From: Octopus sinensis
Taxonomy: Eukaryota
Direction of reading: 5' to 3'
Length of the DNA stretch: 9,091 bases
NCBI RefSeq assembly: GCF_006345805.1
Contig: NW_021827927.1
Coordinates: 1-9,091, forward strand
Shown here: in pieces, positions 7,713-9,091 of the stretch
Numbering within the stretch: the stretch's first letter is position 1
How the letters are laid out: each line of letters begins with the position of its first letter
Position numbers and translations under genes: made by a program
The notes under the pieces: model-generated
The model's database searches: none
What the model saw: the letters and a program-made list of their open reading frames with translations, nothing else
Told to the model about the DNA's origin: nothing

Positions 7713-7976
7713 CTAGCAGTTGTACAATTGTATAAAAAACGAACGGTTTGGGAGGCAGAGAAAATCTGCCTTTTATCATAAGAGATATACGCACACACAC
7801 ACACATATACATATGTCCTTTAAGTTCGTTAGCGGGAAACGTCTTGAATATGCAAATAAAATCTCCTACTCTGTAATGGCGGCTACAGCTTAATGATGCC
7901 AACTGGCCATACCAGTAATTTTGGAGAGGCACCTAGCTCTACCGATACAATGTAGGATAAATACAATAATAATAAT

Positions 7977-7997
7977 AATGACTGAAACAAGTGAAAG
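7977..7997 (+). mobile_element. Orphan 3' tail of the SINE family at 5417-5755
   Basis: AATGACTGAAACAAGTGAAAG closely matches 5731-5750 (AATGACTGAATCAAGTAAAG). It directly follows an (AAT)n run. Confidence 0.5.
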
Positions 7998-8003
7998 TTA
8001 AAA

Positions 8004-8254
8004 GATCTCATCTCATCCTTTTTCGCTGGGAGGGTCGATGGGGGTCTTGTCAGAAGCAACAGTCTCCAACTGATCCGAGTGGATCTCCAAGCGAGACCAA
8101 CCAGCTCATGGATGTTATCCAACCATCTTGTTAGCGGTCAACCCTTGTGCCTCCTGCCAGTTGGTTTTGGGGTTAAACTAGAATCTGACTTTTCAACAAG
8201 CAAGTAGAGCATTGTGACAGACCATCCACCGACTTTGTAATATGAAGTCCCATT
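8004..8254 (-). mobile_element. 3' end of a decayed RTE-like LINE
   Basis: The minus strand encodes PTGRRHKG*PLTRWLDNIHELVGL (RWLDNI at 8111-8128), like the RTE C-terminal GxRxxGRPxxRWxDxI motif. It ends in a short GATGA-repeat tail (8005-8018), as expected of RTE 3' ends. Confidence 0.65.
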
Positions 8255-9091
8255 CCAATTCTGCTAACGGGAACTCGTCTGGAGTTCTTTTCCCAGAAGA
8301 GTGGTACATCCTTGTGAGGTAAAGAGAATACTTTTGCTGGTGTTTTGAATCGAGTGGCAAGAACATCCTCTGAAGTACATGGTGTGCATCCACCGAGTAT
8401 GAGGACCTTAGAATGAGAAGGTATTCATTGGTGGACTCGTGTGCGCCAGGTGGCCTGGATTTTGGAAAGATCTGAGCAGTGGCAGTCGGTAGTGATAAGA
8501 CCAATTCTGCTAACGGGAACTCGTCTGGAGTTCTCCAGAAGAGTGGTACATCCTTGTGAGGTGAAGAGAATACTTTTGCTGGTGTTTTGATCGAGTGGCA
8601 AGAACATCCTCTGAAGTACATGGTGTGCATCCACCGAGTATGAGGAGACTTAGAATGAGAAGGTATTCATTGGTGGACTCGTGTGCGCCAGGTGGCCTGG
8701 ATTTCTGGAAAGATCCCTGAGCAGTGGCAGTCGGTAGTGATAAGACCAATTCTGCTAACGGGAACTCGTCTGGAGTTCTCCCAGAAGAGTGGTACATCCT
8801 TGTGAGGTAAAGAGAATACTTTTGCTGGTGTTTTGAATCGAGTGGCAAGAACATCCTCTGAAGTACATGGTGTGCATCCACCGAGTATGAGGACCTTAGA
8901 ATGAGAAGGTATTCATTGGTGGACTCGTGTGCGCCAGGTGGCCTGGATTTCTGGAAAGGTCCCTGAGCAGTGGCAGTCGGTAGTGATAAGACCAATTCTG
9001 CTAACGGGAACTCGTCTGGAGTTCTCCCAGAAGAGTGGTACATCCTTGTGAGGTGAAGAGAATACTTTTGCTGGTGTTTGAATCGAGTGGC
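8255..9091 (-). repeat. Tandem array with a ~246-bp unit, at least 3.4 copies, truncated by the window end; probably RTE-derived
   Basis: Units start with CCAATTCTGCTAACGGG at 8255, 8501, 8746 and 8992 (246, 245, 246 bp, then 100 bp partial). They differ only by a few small indels and substitutions. The array is more GC-rich than the flanks. Strand is given by the LINE-like motifs. Confidence 0.97.

Noticed and set aside
7832-7883. GCGGGAAA, ATGCAAAT and AATGGCGGC motifs close together
   Set aside because: No accompanying Inr or splice evidence, and short motifs at this density can be chance.
5898-7932. Many ORFs with CV, RE, SL and YI runs, including MERVNYYSF... (5898-6122)
   Set aside because: Dominated by microsatellite translation. 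The short unique parts match no family I recognise.
8255-9091. CRISPR array or hammerhead retrozyme interpretation of the tandem repeat
   Set aside because: There are no variable spacers or cas genes and the context is eukaryotic. The closest hammerhead-like core (CAGACGAG, minus, 8274-8281) is mismatched and lacks the GAAA half.

Overview
AT-rich eukaryotic genomic DNA with no intact protein-coding gene that I can support. It is a mosaic of microsatellites and transposon debris. The tRNA-derived SINEs and the (TA)n/(CA)n/(TACA)n load resemble what I recall of octopus genomes (inference, not database-checked). Left to right: a CpG-enriched promoter-like patch (~521-715); a cluster of non-autonomous Helitron-like elements (1315-2479), including a complete 521-bp copy fused head-to-tail to a 53-bp hairpin-less mini copy; a full-length tRNA-derived SINE with TSD; a decayed Penelope-like GIY-YIG endonuclease fragment; a 206-bp TA-flanked element with ~37-bp terminal inverted repeats; the 3' kilobase of an R4/Dong-like RLE non-LTR retrotransposon interrupted by a 5'-truncated SINE with an 11-bp TSD; further SINE pieces; long compound microsatellites; and an RTE-like LINE 3' end followed by a ~246-bp tandem array (3.4 units, running off the window). 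Most ORF-track entries are microsatellite or antisense artefacts. I found no clearly new biological system. The best leads are the Helitron fusion, the LINE-derived tandem array and the TIR element.
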